Shown here in pieces: positions 49,203 through 58,437 of a stretch of 64,000 nucleotides of DNA (position 1 is its first letter; each line of letters begins with the position of its first letter). A model generated the notes under the pieces. It was given only the letters and a program-made list of their open reading frames with translations. It was not told the DNA's origin and ran no database searches. The stretch lies in the NCBI GenBank assembly GCA_942493035.1, contig OW818666.1, positions 3,936,813 to 4,000,812 of the forward strand, written 5' to 3'. Made by a program: the position numbers and the translations under genes. This DNA is from an uncultured Spirochaetota bacterium. Its GTDB lineage: Bacteria > Spirochaetota > UBA4802 > UBA5550.

Positions 49203-50982
49203 ATGTTTTTTCCTTCCAGTCCCACTCATTTTTCTTATTGTTAATTCTTGGAAATTTCAGAAGTATCTCTGTTCCCGATCCGGGATTGCTGTTTATATCA
49301 AGTGAACCGCCGATTGCCCTTGCACGATATTTCATCAGCTCAAGTCCTATTCCCGGGGATGATATTTCATTCTCATTAAATCCTTTTCCGTCATCTTCTA
49401 TGGATAGATAAATGTTGTCTTCATTTGAAGAATACGTTATGATAATGTTTTTAACCTCACCATGTTTAACCGCATTATTGACTGCTTCCTGTACAATGTA
49501 GTACATATTTATTGCAACCTGGCTGTTATATATTCTCACATCCATATTGAAATTATGAAAAATACAATTTATAGCAAAAATTTTTTCTGTTTTATTTATC
49601 AGATCGGTAATGGCAAAGCTCAGTCCATTCTCCTCAAGTCTTACAGGGCATAGACCTCTGGCAGTGACTCTTGCTTTTTCATGAGCCTCCTGAAGGTATG
49701 CGTGTATCTCCTCTGCAATTTTAACTTCAGGATTATTCTGATTCTTCAGCCGTTTTAAAAGGAGTGAACACATTGCTTCTATTCCCACAAGGTGCTGTCC
49801 CAGGTCATCATGCAGGTACTGACCGATTTTATAGCGTTCACGACTGGCTGCAGTCAGTACCTCTTTTTCAAGCTGTATCTGGTCCGTTACGTCGTAACCT
49901 ACCCATATTATACATTTCTCAGACTGAAGCTCAATAATTTCAGCTGCAATTGATACTGTTCTTATACCATTAATTTTTGAATACATCTGAGTTACGTAGC
50001 TTCTGAGTTTACCCTCTTTAATAAGTTCGTTGATAAATCTGTTCCTGTCTTCCCGGTCTGTAAAAAATTTTATATCAGTTGATGTGTTGCCGATGAGCTC
50101 CTCTTTCGAGTAACCTACAAGTTTTGTATAACTTTCGTTAACGTCAACGTATCGTCCCTCTTTGAGAGTTGTAATGGAACTGGGTGCAGGACTTGCGTGA
50201 AAGGCTTTTGAATACTTTTCATCTGAGATGCGGAGTTTCTGTTCTGTTATTTTTAATTCGGTTATGTCTGAAAACATGAACATGCACCCTACAACTTTCT
50301 TGTTCAGATCAAAAAAAAGTTTCGGCGATGCAATAACATGAAAAATCTTATCATTGGTTTTTATGCTGTCAAATTCAAGATATGGTGGAAGCATATCCGG
50401 TTTATTTTTCATCCAGTAGAGCCATTCATCGACTATTTTACTGTCGAAGAATTCTCGGATATGTTTTCCCAGAATATCCTTTTTATCCACACCGGCCATT
50501 TTGCATATTTCTGTAGAGGCCAGTTTGATGATACCCTCCCTATCATGGAAAGCAACAGCGTCTTTGAGATTATCAGCTATTGACCCGATAATAAGCCCGC
50601 CGTCATGGAGCAGTCTTTCAGGAGCCATTTGTCCTGTTATGTCATAAAATGTCGCATAGTAACAACGGCGTTCACTGTTATACGATATGGTTGCAGAGAT
50701 CAGTTTTCTCGGATTTTTATCTTTTATTGAACACCAGAATTTTCCCGATGGGATACCATTCATGCTGCCGAAAACTGCTGCATGTTCAAGGGGGGTGTAG
50801 GGATAATCATATATTATCAGATCGTGCCAGTGTTTGTGAATTACATTTGCAGGGGAGAGGCCTGATATCTTTAAAAATTCTCTATTACATTTTAATACTA
50901 TAAGATCACTATCGAGAATTACTGTTGCCAGTCCCGATTGTACTTTAAATAAATCATCACTGAATAAATAATCAGAATTCAT
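49174..50982 (-). CDS. Cytoplasmic PAS-domain sensor histidine kinase (HisKA_3 / NarL-partner type)
   Basis: PAS regions, then H-box YLHDDLGQHL and HATPase_c; 3' end overlaps the response-regulator start by 29 nt; ATG 50982 (track start is TTG). Confidence 0.8.
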   Translation of the reverse strand: MNSDYLFSDDLFKVQSGLATVILDSDLIVLKCNREFLKISGLSPANVIHKHWHDLIIYDYPYTPLEHAAVFGSMNGIPSGKFWCSIKDKNPRKLISATISYNSERRCYYATFYDITGQMAPERLLHDGGLIIGSIADNLKDAVAFHDREGIIKLASTEICKMAGVDKKDILGKHIREFFDSKIVDEWLYWMKNKPDMLPPYLEFDSIKTNDKIFHVIASPKLFFDLNKKVVGCMFMFSDITELKITEQKLRISDEKYSKAFHASPAPSSITTLKEGRYVDVNESYTKLVGYSKEELIGNTSTDIKFFTDREDRNRFINELIKEGKLRSYVTQMYSKINGIRTVSIAAEIIELQSEKCIIWVGYDVTDQIQLEKEVLTAASRERYKIGQYLHDDLGQHLVGIEAMCSLLLKRLKNQNNPEVKIAEEIHAYLQEAHEKARVTARGLCPVRLEENGLSFAITDLINKTEKIFAINCIFHNFNMDVRIYNSQVAINMYYIVQEAVNNAVKHGEVKNIIITYSSNEDNIYLSIEDDGKGFNENEISSPGIGLELMKYRARAIGGSLDINSNPGSGTEILLKFPRINNKKNEWDWKEKTYEEITNIYS

Positions 50983-51079
50983 TGTATTTACCAATTGATA
51001 TACTTAGGCAGTTGCCGGTTGAAAAATGTCAATATTAATTAAGCATACAATTAATAGTTATGAAGTTTAATCACGAAAT

Positions 51080-51364
51080 CTAAAGCAGTGCATCGTATCT
51101 TTTTTTTATCGGATTAAGGAGATACTCAAGGCCATAAATTTTTATTTCATAGAGTGTAGATAAAAGCATTCCAAGTCTCCCTGAAGGGAAACCGTTTTCA
51201 TGATACCATACAACATAATGTTCAGGGAGATTGCACAACGTCACACCTTTGTATTTTCCGTATGGCATCTCTGTAGTTACCAGATCAAACAGTACAGTTG
51301 GATCCATCATCTCATTCATACTCTTTTCATTATTTTCCATCAGAGACAGCGCCTTTTGTTTCAT
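51080..51364 (-). CDS. DUF3820-like small protein
   Basis: Conserved MPYGKYKG...LP..Y..W core; start ambiguous (51364, 51340 or 51319) and overlaps the upstream tgt-fusion gene. Confidence 0.5.
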   Translation of the reverse strand: MKQKALSLMENNEKSMNEMMDPTVLFDLVTTEMPYGKYKGVTLCNLPEHYVVWYHENGFPSGRLGMLLSTLYEIKIYGLEYLLNPIKKRYDALL

Positions 51365-53381
51365 GAAACTGAGGGTGATTTAAAATGAGTTTTTCAATCC
51401 GATCCTGTTCATCTTTAGAGATGTATTCATCGAACTTTGCGCTGCTCCTTTTGAATCGTTCAAGCCACTCAGTTCCAAGGAGTTTTATGTCGGAGTTTTT
51501 AATTTCCAGTGATGTGAATGCAGCAGTGGTATCGTTTTTAGGACCTGTTCCCTTTCCTGATCCGGTATAAAAACCTGCAGCAAGAAGTGATCCTCTTACC
51601 ATGGTGGAGCTTGAATATGTAAAGAGTTTAGCAGGTCTGTTTATGCAGTGATTGTATATACGTTTAAATACAGAATAATTCCAGAGAGTTCCATTTGTAT
51701 TCAAAGAGAACGGATCGAAGAAAATGCAGTGCGGCTGATGAGATTTTTCAATATGATCAAGAAAATCCCCCTCAACAAGATTCCATTCAATATTAAACTT
51801 ATCAGATCTCCATGACCCTTTGTTAAGAATTGAAGCAGGAGCTGAGTGCCGCACATGATGAAAAAGTGACGGATTTTTTACTGTAAGGAGGAATGAGTCG
51901 AGATCATTTTCAAAGCTTACTATGCGCACCACTTTCTGAAAATTATTTTCAGAATATAGTTTTTCACATTCCAGTATTGCAGCCATTGCATTAGTCGCTG
52001 AACCCATCCCCACATCCCAGATAACAAGTTCGTCATCGGTAATTGAATTGAGCATCACTTCCAGCTCTGACTGGTCAACGTAAAGAGTTTTTGCTTCAGT
52101 TAAAGGTTCAATAACAGAATGCATTATCTCCCCCGATTTTATATGACGAATGCTGTGAAATCCCGCATCCTGTTTTACAATCTGGTAGTCTCCAAGTGCA
52201 GGTAGCTCTGACTTTTTTTTGCGAATAGGGTGAGTTACCGGATGTTCATCGTCATCCCGTACTAACAGTTCTTTCTGTTCGGAGTAGTAAGATGCAAAGG
52301 TTCCTTTTAGAATATGATTCCGCATTGAATTCATAAGATTGCGGTAAAAAGTGAGATTATGTATTCCAATGAGATTGCCGCCATAGTACTCCTGAGTCTT
52401 AGTCAGGTGATGGAGATAGGCGCGGCTGTATCTGCTGCATGCCGGGCAGGAACAGTTTTCGTCAAGGGGTCTGTCCTGGAATTTATAGATCCCTCTGCGC
52501 AGCTCCATTCTTCCATGGGATGTATATGCAACTCCCTGCTGTGCCATTGCAGTCGGGAGGATGCAGTCGAACATATCGACACCACGGTGAACTCCCTCTA
52601 AAAGGTCTATTGGAGTTCCCACACCCATGAGATATCTCGGATAGTCGCGCGGGAGGAGTGATGCGGTAAACTCAGTCATGTCCTTTCTTTCATCTTCAGA
52701 TTCACCAACTGCAAGCCCGCCGATTGCAAATCCGTCAAAGGGGAGGGATGTAATCTGTCCTGCGCTCATTTTCCGGAGTTCCGGGAAACATGCACCCTGT
52801 ACAATTCCGAAAATAGATTGAGCTGAATCTCCCCTTGCTGCTATACTTCTCTCTGCCCATCTTGCTGTAATATCGGCTGCCTCTCTGCAGAGAGACTCTT
52901 CTGATGTGGACGGAATACACTGATCCATTGCCATCATTATATCGCTGTTAATTAATTTCTGTGTTCCGATACTTGTTTCCGGACTTAAAAGAATTTTTCT
53001 GCCATCGTGATAACTTCTGAAGACGGCACCATCTTCAGTTACTTTAACATCTTTTGAAAGTGAAAATACCTGAAAGCCTCCTGAGTCAGTAAGTACAGAT
53101 CTCTTCCAGTTCATGAACTGATGTATCCCTCCGAACTTCCGGAAAACATCAGTCCCGGGGCGGAGCAGCAGATGATATGTATTTGCCAGTAGAACAGGAA
53201 ACCCCAAATCCTCAACGGCAGTAGTATCCTGTGAACGGAGTACAGCAAGGGTCGCTACGGGCATAAATACAGGTGTCTGTACGGTATTGTGCAGTGTAGT
53301 GAAAGTGGATGCACGTGCAGCTGAATTTTCCGCTTCAGCTTCAACGGTGAAACCAAGGCGATGTATATTTTTTAAGTTCAT
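51330..53381 (-). CDS. tgt: Queuine tRNA-ribosyltransferase (Tgt) fused to a C-terminal MnmC2-like (DUF752) methyltransferase-like domain
   Basis: 683 aa. Residues 1-370 match Tgt (LTDSGGFQVFSL, Zn site CSCPACSRYSRAYLHHL); residues 440-650 resemble the MnmC methyltransferase domain (VIWDVGMGSATN, FFDPFSLNTNGTLWN, FTYSSSTMVRGSLLAAGF). Confidence 0.8.
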   Translation of the reverse strand: MNLKNIHRLGFTVEAEAENSAARASTFTTLHNTVQTPVFMPVATLAVLRSQDTTAVEDLGFPVLLANTYHLLLRPGTDVFRKFGGIHQFMNWKRSVLTDSGGFQVFSLSKDVKVTEDGAVFRSYHDGRKILLSPETSIGTQKLINSDIMMAMDQCIPSTSEESLCREAADITARWAERSIAARGDSAQSIFGIVQGACFPELRKMSAGQITSLPFDGFAIGGLAVGESEDERKDMTEFTASLLPRDYPRYLMGVGTPIDLLEGVHRGVDMFDCILPTAMAQQGVAYTSHGRMELRRGIYKFQDRPLDENCSCPACSRYSRAYLHHLTKTQEYYGGNLIGIHNLTFYRNLMNSMRNHILKGTFASYYSEQKELLVRDDDEHPVTHPIRKKKSELPALGDYQIVKQDAGFHSIRHIKSGEIMHSVIEPLTEAKTLYVDQSELEVMLNSITDDELVIWDVGMGSATNAMAAILECEKLYSENNFQKVVRIVSFENDLDSFLLTVKNPSLFHHVRHSAPASILNKGSWRSDKFNIEWNLVEGDFLDHIEKSHQPHCIFFDPFSLNTNGTLWNYSVFKRIYNHCINRPAKLFTYSSSTMVRGSLLAAGFYTGSGKGTGPKNDTTAAFTSLEIKNSDIKLLGTEWLERFKRSSAKFDEYISKDEQDRIEKLILNHPQFHETKGAVSDGK

Positions 53382-53451
53382 TATTGTCTATTAATCCTTT
53401 TTGTTCTTAAAGGGATTAAGAGATTTTTTATGATTCCGGGTCAAGTTTTTT

Positions 53452-53910
53452 ATGAGGGATTTTTTTATCGGGGAGAGGATATTATTAATTGAGCGAATGA
53501 TCCTTTCCGTTGGGGTGAATGATTATTCGCCCGTACGAGGTTGAGAGAAATTTTATAAAGGGGATATTTTTAGGAGTGGGATTTTTTTATCGGGGGAGAG
53601 GGGATTTTTAATTGAGCGAATGATCCTTTCCGTTGGGGCGAATGATTATTCGCCAGTACGAGGTTGAGAGAAATTTTATAAAGGGGATATTTTTAGGAGT
53701 GGGATTTTTTTATCGGGGAGAGGGGATTTTTTAATTGAGCGAATGATCCTATCCGTTGGGGCGAATGATTATTCGCCCGTACGAGGTTGAGAGAAATTTT
53801 ATAAAGGGGATATTTTTAGGAGTGGGATTTTTTTATTGGGGAGAGGATATTTTTAATTGAGCGAATGATCCTATCCGTTGGGGCGAATGATTATTCGCCC
53901 GTACGTGATT
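53452..53910 (+). repeat. Tandem array of four ~122-bp units, each with REP hairpin GGGCGAATGATTATTCGCCC
   Basis: Near-identical units beginning AGTGGGATTTTTTTATCGGGGAGAGG...; each holds GAGCGAATGATCC plus the palindromic GGGCGAAT-GATT-ATTCGCCC followed by GTACG. Confidence 0.85.
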
Positions 53911-54013
53911 GGGAGAATAATATTTATAAAATATTTTTTATTAAGGGAATTTTTTAAAAATTTCTCTGCTGCTATCGTATTCATATGTAAGAAATATTAT
54001 TAAGGAATTTAAA

Positions 54014-54565
54014 ATGTCATATAATCCGGTTTTTCATCATAGGCGATCTATTCGTTTAAAGAGATTTGATTATTCTTCTTCGGGTGCATATTTTGTTACT
54101 TTATGTGTAAAAAATAGAACAAAAATTTTTGGCTATATTGTCGGTGGTAAAATGATTTTAAATGCTGCCGGTATAGCAGCTCAGTTATGCTGGCAGGAGA
54201 TACCTTTACATTATCCCTTTGTTTCTCTGGATGTATTTGTTATTATGCCCGATCATATTCATGGGATAATTTTGATTAAGGAATCGGATTTGAGGTGGGG
54301 AAAGGATACTGATGTCGTGGAGAATGATTATTCGCCTGTACGTGAAAATGATAATTTGTTTCATAATAAGCGGCCGCGCGGTACTTCAAAAACAATCGGA
54401 TCGGTTGTTCGCGGATATAAGATAGGTGTAACAAAATGGTTCCGTAAGCATACACTTGTCGAGTCTGTCTGGCAGCGAGATTATTATGAGAATATTATAA
54501 GAAATTATGATGATTTAAATCGAATTCGTAGGTATATTATAAATAATCCGCAGAAGTGGAGATAG
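54014..54565 (+). CDS. REP-associated tyrosine transposase (RAYT; IS200/IS605-like HUH Y1 transposase)
   Basis: 183 aa; N-terminal GAYFVTLCVKNR, HUH motif PDHIHGII, C-terminal WQRDYYENIIR...YIINNPQKW, all resembling E. coli RayT/YafM; flanked on both sides by REP copies. Confidence 0.8.
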   Translation: MSYNPVFHHRRSIRLKRFDYSSSGAYFVTLCVKNRTKIFGYIVGGKMILNAAGIAAQLCWQEIPLHYPFVSLDVFVIMPDHIHGIILIKESDLRWGKDTDVVENDYSPVRENDNLFHNKRPRGTSKTIGSVVRGYKIGVTKWFRKHTLVESVWQRDYYENIIRNYDDLNRIRRYIINNPQKWR

Positions 54566-54595
54566 ATTTGTTTTTAATTCAGGATGTGCGAATAA

Positions 54596-54675
54596 TCTTT
54601 TTTTTCGGGAGAATTATATCTTGATTTGAGAGAATGATATTATCTGTCGGGGCGAATGATTATTCGCCCGTACGG
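54596..54675 (+). repeat. REP unit downstream of the RAYT gene
   Basis: TTGATTTGAGAGAATGATATTATCTGTCGGGGCGAATGATTATTCGCCCGTACGG, same unit as the upstream array. Confidence 0.75.
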
Positions 54676-54715
54676 ATATAGATTGAATTATAAGTATTTA
54701 GTGGAGAAAATAAAA

Positions 54716-55078
54716 ATGAAAATTATTTCGCAGGTCTTAATCGGATTAATAGCATTTCAGCATCTGTATATTCTATGGATCGAGATGTTTGTATGGACTA
54801 CAGTGGGGAGGAAAGTGTTCAGAGGTTTTCCAAAAGAATTTTTTCATACAACAAAGGCTATGGCTGCCAATCAGGGTTTATACAACGGATTTCTTGCTGC
54901 AGGATTAATATGGTCGCTTCTGATATCAGATAGAATCTGGAGTTTTCAGGTTTCACTTTTTTTTCTGGCGTGTGTAGTTACAGCGGGTGTTTTCGGAGCT
55001 TTTACAGCGGATAAGAAGATATTTTTTGTTCAGGCTCTCCCTGCTTTAATTGCAATGGCTGTTTTATTTCTGGCTTAG
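54716..55078 (+). CDS. Small membrane protein, DUF1304-like
   Basis: About 120 aa from ATG 54716 (GGAGAAAA SD); the track ORF start at 54656 lies inside the REP hairpin and is rejected; 3-4 TM helices, NQGLYNGFLAAGL motif. Confidence 0.5.
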   Translation: MKIISQVLIGLIAFQHLYILWIEMFVWTTVGRKVFRGFPKEFFHTTKAMAANQGLYNGFLAAGLIWSLLISDRIWSFQVSLFFLACVVTAGVFGAFTADKKIFFVQALPALIAMAVLFLA

Positions 55079-55085
55079 ATTTATT

Positions 55086-55106
55086 GGGGCGAATGATTCA
55101 TCGCCC
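55086..55106. repeat. REP variant hairpin, terminator-like between convergent genes
   Basis: GGGGCGAATGATTCATCGCCC. Confidence 0.6.
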
Positions 55107-55112
55107 TTACTT

Positions 55113-56174
55113 TTATTCTGTAAATTCATGATGGATTTCGAGAAATTGATCGATGTTTTTAATAAATAGTTCTGCAAGTTCCGGATCAAAAATTTTTCCG
55201 GAATTGTCTTTGATGTAGATGCATGAATCATTGATGTTCCATGCATCCTTGTAAACCCTTGAATGTGATATTGCATCAAATACATCTACTATGGTTGTTA
55301 TCCTGGCATTGAGAGGGATATCCTTTCCGCTGATACCGTTGGGATATCCGGAGCCGTCCCAGTTCTCATGGTGACACAAAGCAATCTCTGCTGCCAGTTT
55401 CAGTACAGGGAGTTCTGATGTATTGAAAATCGAGTAGCCGATAGTTGTATGTGTTTTGATTACAGCAAATTCTTCATCGGTAAGTTCTCCAGGTTTATTT
55501 AAGATGCTGTCAGGAATTCCGATTTTTCCCACATCGTGCATCGGGGAGGCGAGTTTTATATCAAGTGCCTGATATTCAGTCATTCCATAGAGTTTTCCTA
55601 GAAGATAGGTATATTCTGAAACTCTCTGTACATGGTTTCCTGTTTCGTGAGATCGTGTTTCGACAACGTCACCAAGTTTAAGAATAATCTCTTTTTGAGC
55701 TGCAATAAGTGATCTGCTCATCTCAATTACCTGGGCTGTTTTTCGTACAACTTCCTCTTCAAGATGTTCACGGTAAAGCCGGTTTTCAGATTTAAGACGT
55801 GCATTCTCAAATACACGATTCAAGGTTATAGGTAACACTGAAAAACTGGTTATAGGTTTAGGAATAAAATCCCAGGCTCCTCTTCTTAAAGCTTCAACTG
55901 CTTTCTCTATTAATCCGATACCGGACAATACTATTATAGGCATATTAGGATTTTCCGGTGCTACTCTTTCTATAACCTCAAAACCATTAATTTCGGGCAT
56001 GTTGAGATCCGTTATAACCGCATCATATTTTTTTGATCTAATCATTTCGACTGCTTCGCGTCCATTAGAAGCAGTATCGGTGCGATACCCGACGTGTTCG
56101 AGATAGGCAGATATAGATTCTCTTATAACCTTTTCATCATCAACGACAAGAATTAATTTATCTTCGCAATCCAT
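55113..56174 (-). CDS. Response regulator with HD-GYP domain (c-di-GMP phosphodiesterase type)
   Basis: 353 aa; receiver domain (LVVDDEKVIRESI...DAVITDLNMPEINGFE) plus HD-GYP domain (HHENWDGSGYP). Confidence 0.9.
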   Translation of the reverse strand: MDCEDKLILVVDDEKVIRESISAYLEHVGYRTDTASNGREAVEMIRSKKYDAVITDLNMPEINGFEVIERVAPENPNMPIIVLSGIGLIEKAVEALRRGAWDFIPKPITSFSVLPITLNRVFENARLKSENRLYREHLEEEVVRKTAQVIEMSRSLIAAQKEIILKLGDVVETRSHETGNHVQRVSEYTYLLGKLYGMTEYQALDIKLASPMHDVGKIGIPDSILNKPGELTDEEFAVIKTHTTIGYSIFNTSELPVLKLAAEIALCHHENWDGSGYPNGISGKDIPLNARITTIVDVFDAISHSRVYKDAWNINDSCIYIKDNSGKIFDPELAELFIKNIDQFLEIHHEFTE

Positions 56175-56296
56175 TCATTCACCTGTTATTTAACCTGAAT
56201 TAAACTTTGTAATGAAATATCTCTGTTCAATATAATAGTTTAATTTTTATCCGGTAATTATTCCTAAATATAATTTTTATTGTAAAAAACAAAAAT

Positions 56297-56369
56297 TTTA
56301 TATCCCCGCAGCTTCCGGGGGCGTAGATAATAGAGTTTTTTTATTTCAGAAAAGTTAAGGAATAAATAC
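56297..56369 (+). repeat. Hairpin-repeat family B copy, degenerate stem
   Basis: TTATATCCCCGCAGCTTCCGGGGGCGTAGATAATAGAG, T-run, TTTCAGAAAAGTTAAGGAATAAATAC. Confidence 0.5.
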
Positions 56370-56406
56370 CGTTTTTTATCACTGAAAATTCTTGGGAACA
56401 TGAATT

Positions 56407-58263
56407 TTAAATACTATAGATTATAGTTTCATTCAGGCAATATTCAATAAATTCATAAACTTCATTTTTGCTGATCTTAGGATATTTTTTCAGCATATCT
56501 TTTAGCGTATTTTTCTCTGTAAGACCGTAGAGGAAATCGCTTAGTTCTTTTTCAACGATCAGAGGTTTAACTTCTCCGCCGCAATTGTAAACTATTACTG
56601 CTGTTTTTTCAGGACGGAATCTGGATAAAAACTCCTCTAATGTATATTCACCAACACTCATGAGCTCATCGAAATTGTATTTAAGTGAAATAAACTCAGT
56701 TGCCGGTGAGAGTTTAAACAGTGTATTATCATTGAAGGATACTTTTAATTCTCCAGTGTATGGGCCTTTAAGCAGAGAGTTGTTTAAAGCTCCATGTATT
56801 GTAATAATATCCTTCATGACAGGGAAGAGATTCTTTTTATCATTCCTTGTGAATATCTCCTGCACAAATGATAATTGTGAAGATGTTATATCATCTATTG
56901 AATTTCGGGATAATAGTTTTGCAGCGGATTGATGAAGTGCATAATTATCCAGCAGATCAGCCGGTTCCATATCAAGTGTTTCGATAATCATAAACATCCA
57001 TCCTGCAGCTCCCCCCTGATTATAGAAAATATTGCAGGAATTTTTTAATGACTCTGCGGAAGCCATATCCTTTTCAGAAAATCCGGGTGATGAGATGAGT
57101 GTATATGGCGCGTCATCGGTAAATTTTAAATTAAATGATTCTGCATTGTCATACAGAACTGTTCCCGGGAGCACTGCAAGGGGAAATATATCCAGATGGT
57201 TCGGCTGAAGGGTAAGTGCGTAATTTAAACTTTGTTTAAAACCGTCAAGGGTATCTCCGGGGAGTCCATATATCAGGTCCAGGCCGAATATTACACCGGC
57301 TTCATTGAGCAGGGCAATTTTATCGGCATATTTATCAGGATCAATATTTCTGTTCACATTGGAAAGAACTTCAGGGATTGCACTTTGCAGACCTATCTGA
57401 AGGCTGCAGTTTATCATGGCGAACAGTTGAGCCATCTCTGAATCTAAAAATTCAGTGCGGACTTCAAATGTGAAGTGTATAAGCGGAGCAGTTTTAATTA
57501 TCATGCGGAGTATTTTTTTTGCACGTTTAACATCACGGTTGAATGTCGGATCGAGGACAAATACCTGATTTACATTTTCCGATTCAAATAGTTCAAGCTC
57601 CTTCTGGATGCGCTCAAGAGAGTACTGCCGTACACCTGCAACTCCTCGCGACTCAAAACAGAAACTGCACTTAAAAGGACATCCTCTGGAGAGTTCCCAT
57701 AGAACTCCTGAATATTTTTTTACGTCAATAACTCCGGATAAAAAAGGGGAGGGGAGTTCATCAAGATTCATTATCGGGCACTGATTTTTATCTGAATCGG
57801 CAGTCTGGTTTTTTACAATTACCGCATCGATATTATTGCAGGGTTCTTTTTTTTGTATTTTTTTAATTACTTCAGTGAGGGCAAGCTCACCTTCACCCTT
57901 GATTACAAAGTCGAATGGTCCGCTTTCCAGAAGTCTTTCAGGAAGAGCTGTAGCCTCGGCTCCCCCTGCAAAGAGAACTTTATCTGGAAAATTGTTATGA
58001 ATGATGTGACATATTTCCAGAGTCAGGTGTCTGTTCCATAGGTAAGTGGAAAAACCGATCATGTCCGGGGAATTTCCGCATATCTGATCCGCAATCAGCT
58101 GAGCATCAGTGTCGAGATAAAAGTCAAGATATGAGACCTCTGTTTTATTATTAATTTCCAGAACTGAATCAAGCTGTGATTTCAGCAGGGCAGCAGCGAG
58201 GGGCATCGCCTGTGGTGAATTTTTTATGTGAATTGATACTATTATCAGTTTCAGTTTTTTCAA
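56407..58263 (-). CDS. B12-binding domain radical SAM protein with C-terminal extension (DUF4080-like)
   Basis: 618 aa; N-terminal cobalamin-binding-like domain, radical SAM cluster CPFKCSFC, about 200-aa C-terminal domain; apparent TTG start with AGGGA SD. Confidence 0.8.
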   Translation of the reverse strand: MKKLKLIIVSIHIKNSPQAMPLAAALLKSQLDSVLEINNKTEVSYLDFYLDTDAQLIADQICGNSPDMIGFSTYLWNRHLTLEICHIIHNNFPDKVLFAGGAEATALPERLLESGPFDFVIKGEGELALTEVIKKIQKKEPCNNIDAVIVKNQTADSDKNQCPIMNLDELPSPFLSGVIDVKKYSGVLWELSRGCPFKCSFCFESRGVAGVRQYSLERIQKELELFESENVNQVFVLDPTFNRDVKRAKKILRMIIKTAPLIHFTFEVRTEFLDSEMAQLFAMINCSLQIGLQSAIPEVLSNVNRNIDPDKYADKIALLNEAGVIFGLDLIYGLPGDTLDGFKQSLNYALTLQPNHLDIFPLAVLPGTVLYDNAESFNLKFTDDAPYTLISSPGFSEKDMASAESLKNSCNIFYNQGGAAGWMFMIIETLDMEPADLLDNYALHQSAAKLLSRNSIDDITSSQLSFVQEIFTRNDKKNLFPVMKDIITIHGALNNSLLKGPYTGELKVSFNDNTLFKLSPATEFISLKYNFDELMSVGEYTLEEFLSRFRPEKTAVIVYNCGGEVKPLIVEKELSDFLYGLTEKNTLKDMLKKYPKISKNEVYEFIEYCLNETIIYSI

Positions 58264-58437
58264 ATAATTATCCCTATTGTTTATATAAAGATAAGTTCTG
58301 CCGGTATCATTACAAGTATTTTATTTGTTGTAAATATATAATAATGGAAAGATTTTTTTCGTATGGTTCAACTGTTTTATTTTAAAGAATATTCCTGCCG
58401 TACGATTTTATATACAGCAGGAATATTCTATAGATTC

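Noticed and set aside
53452-53910. Tandem array considered as a CRISPR array
   Set aside because: The ~122-bp units are near-identical over their whole length with no unique spacers, the period is too long, and no cas genes are present. It is a tandem REP array next to a RAYT gene.
54656-54715. Track start of the 54656-55078 ORF (MIIRPYGYRL...)
   Set aside because: The first 20 codons are read through the REP hairpin; an SD-supported ATG at 54716 gives a typical small membrane protein.
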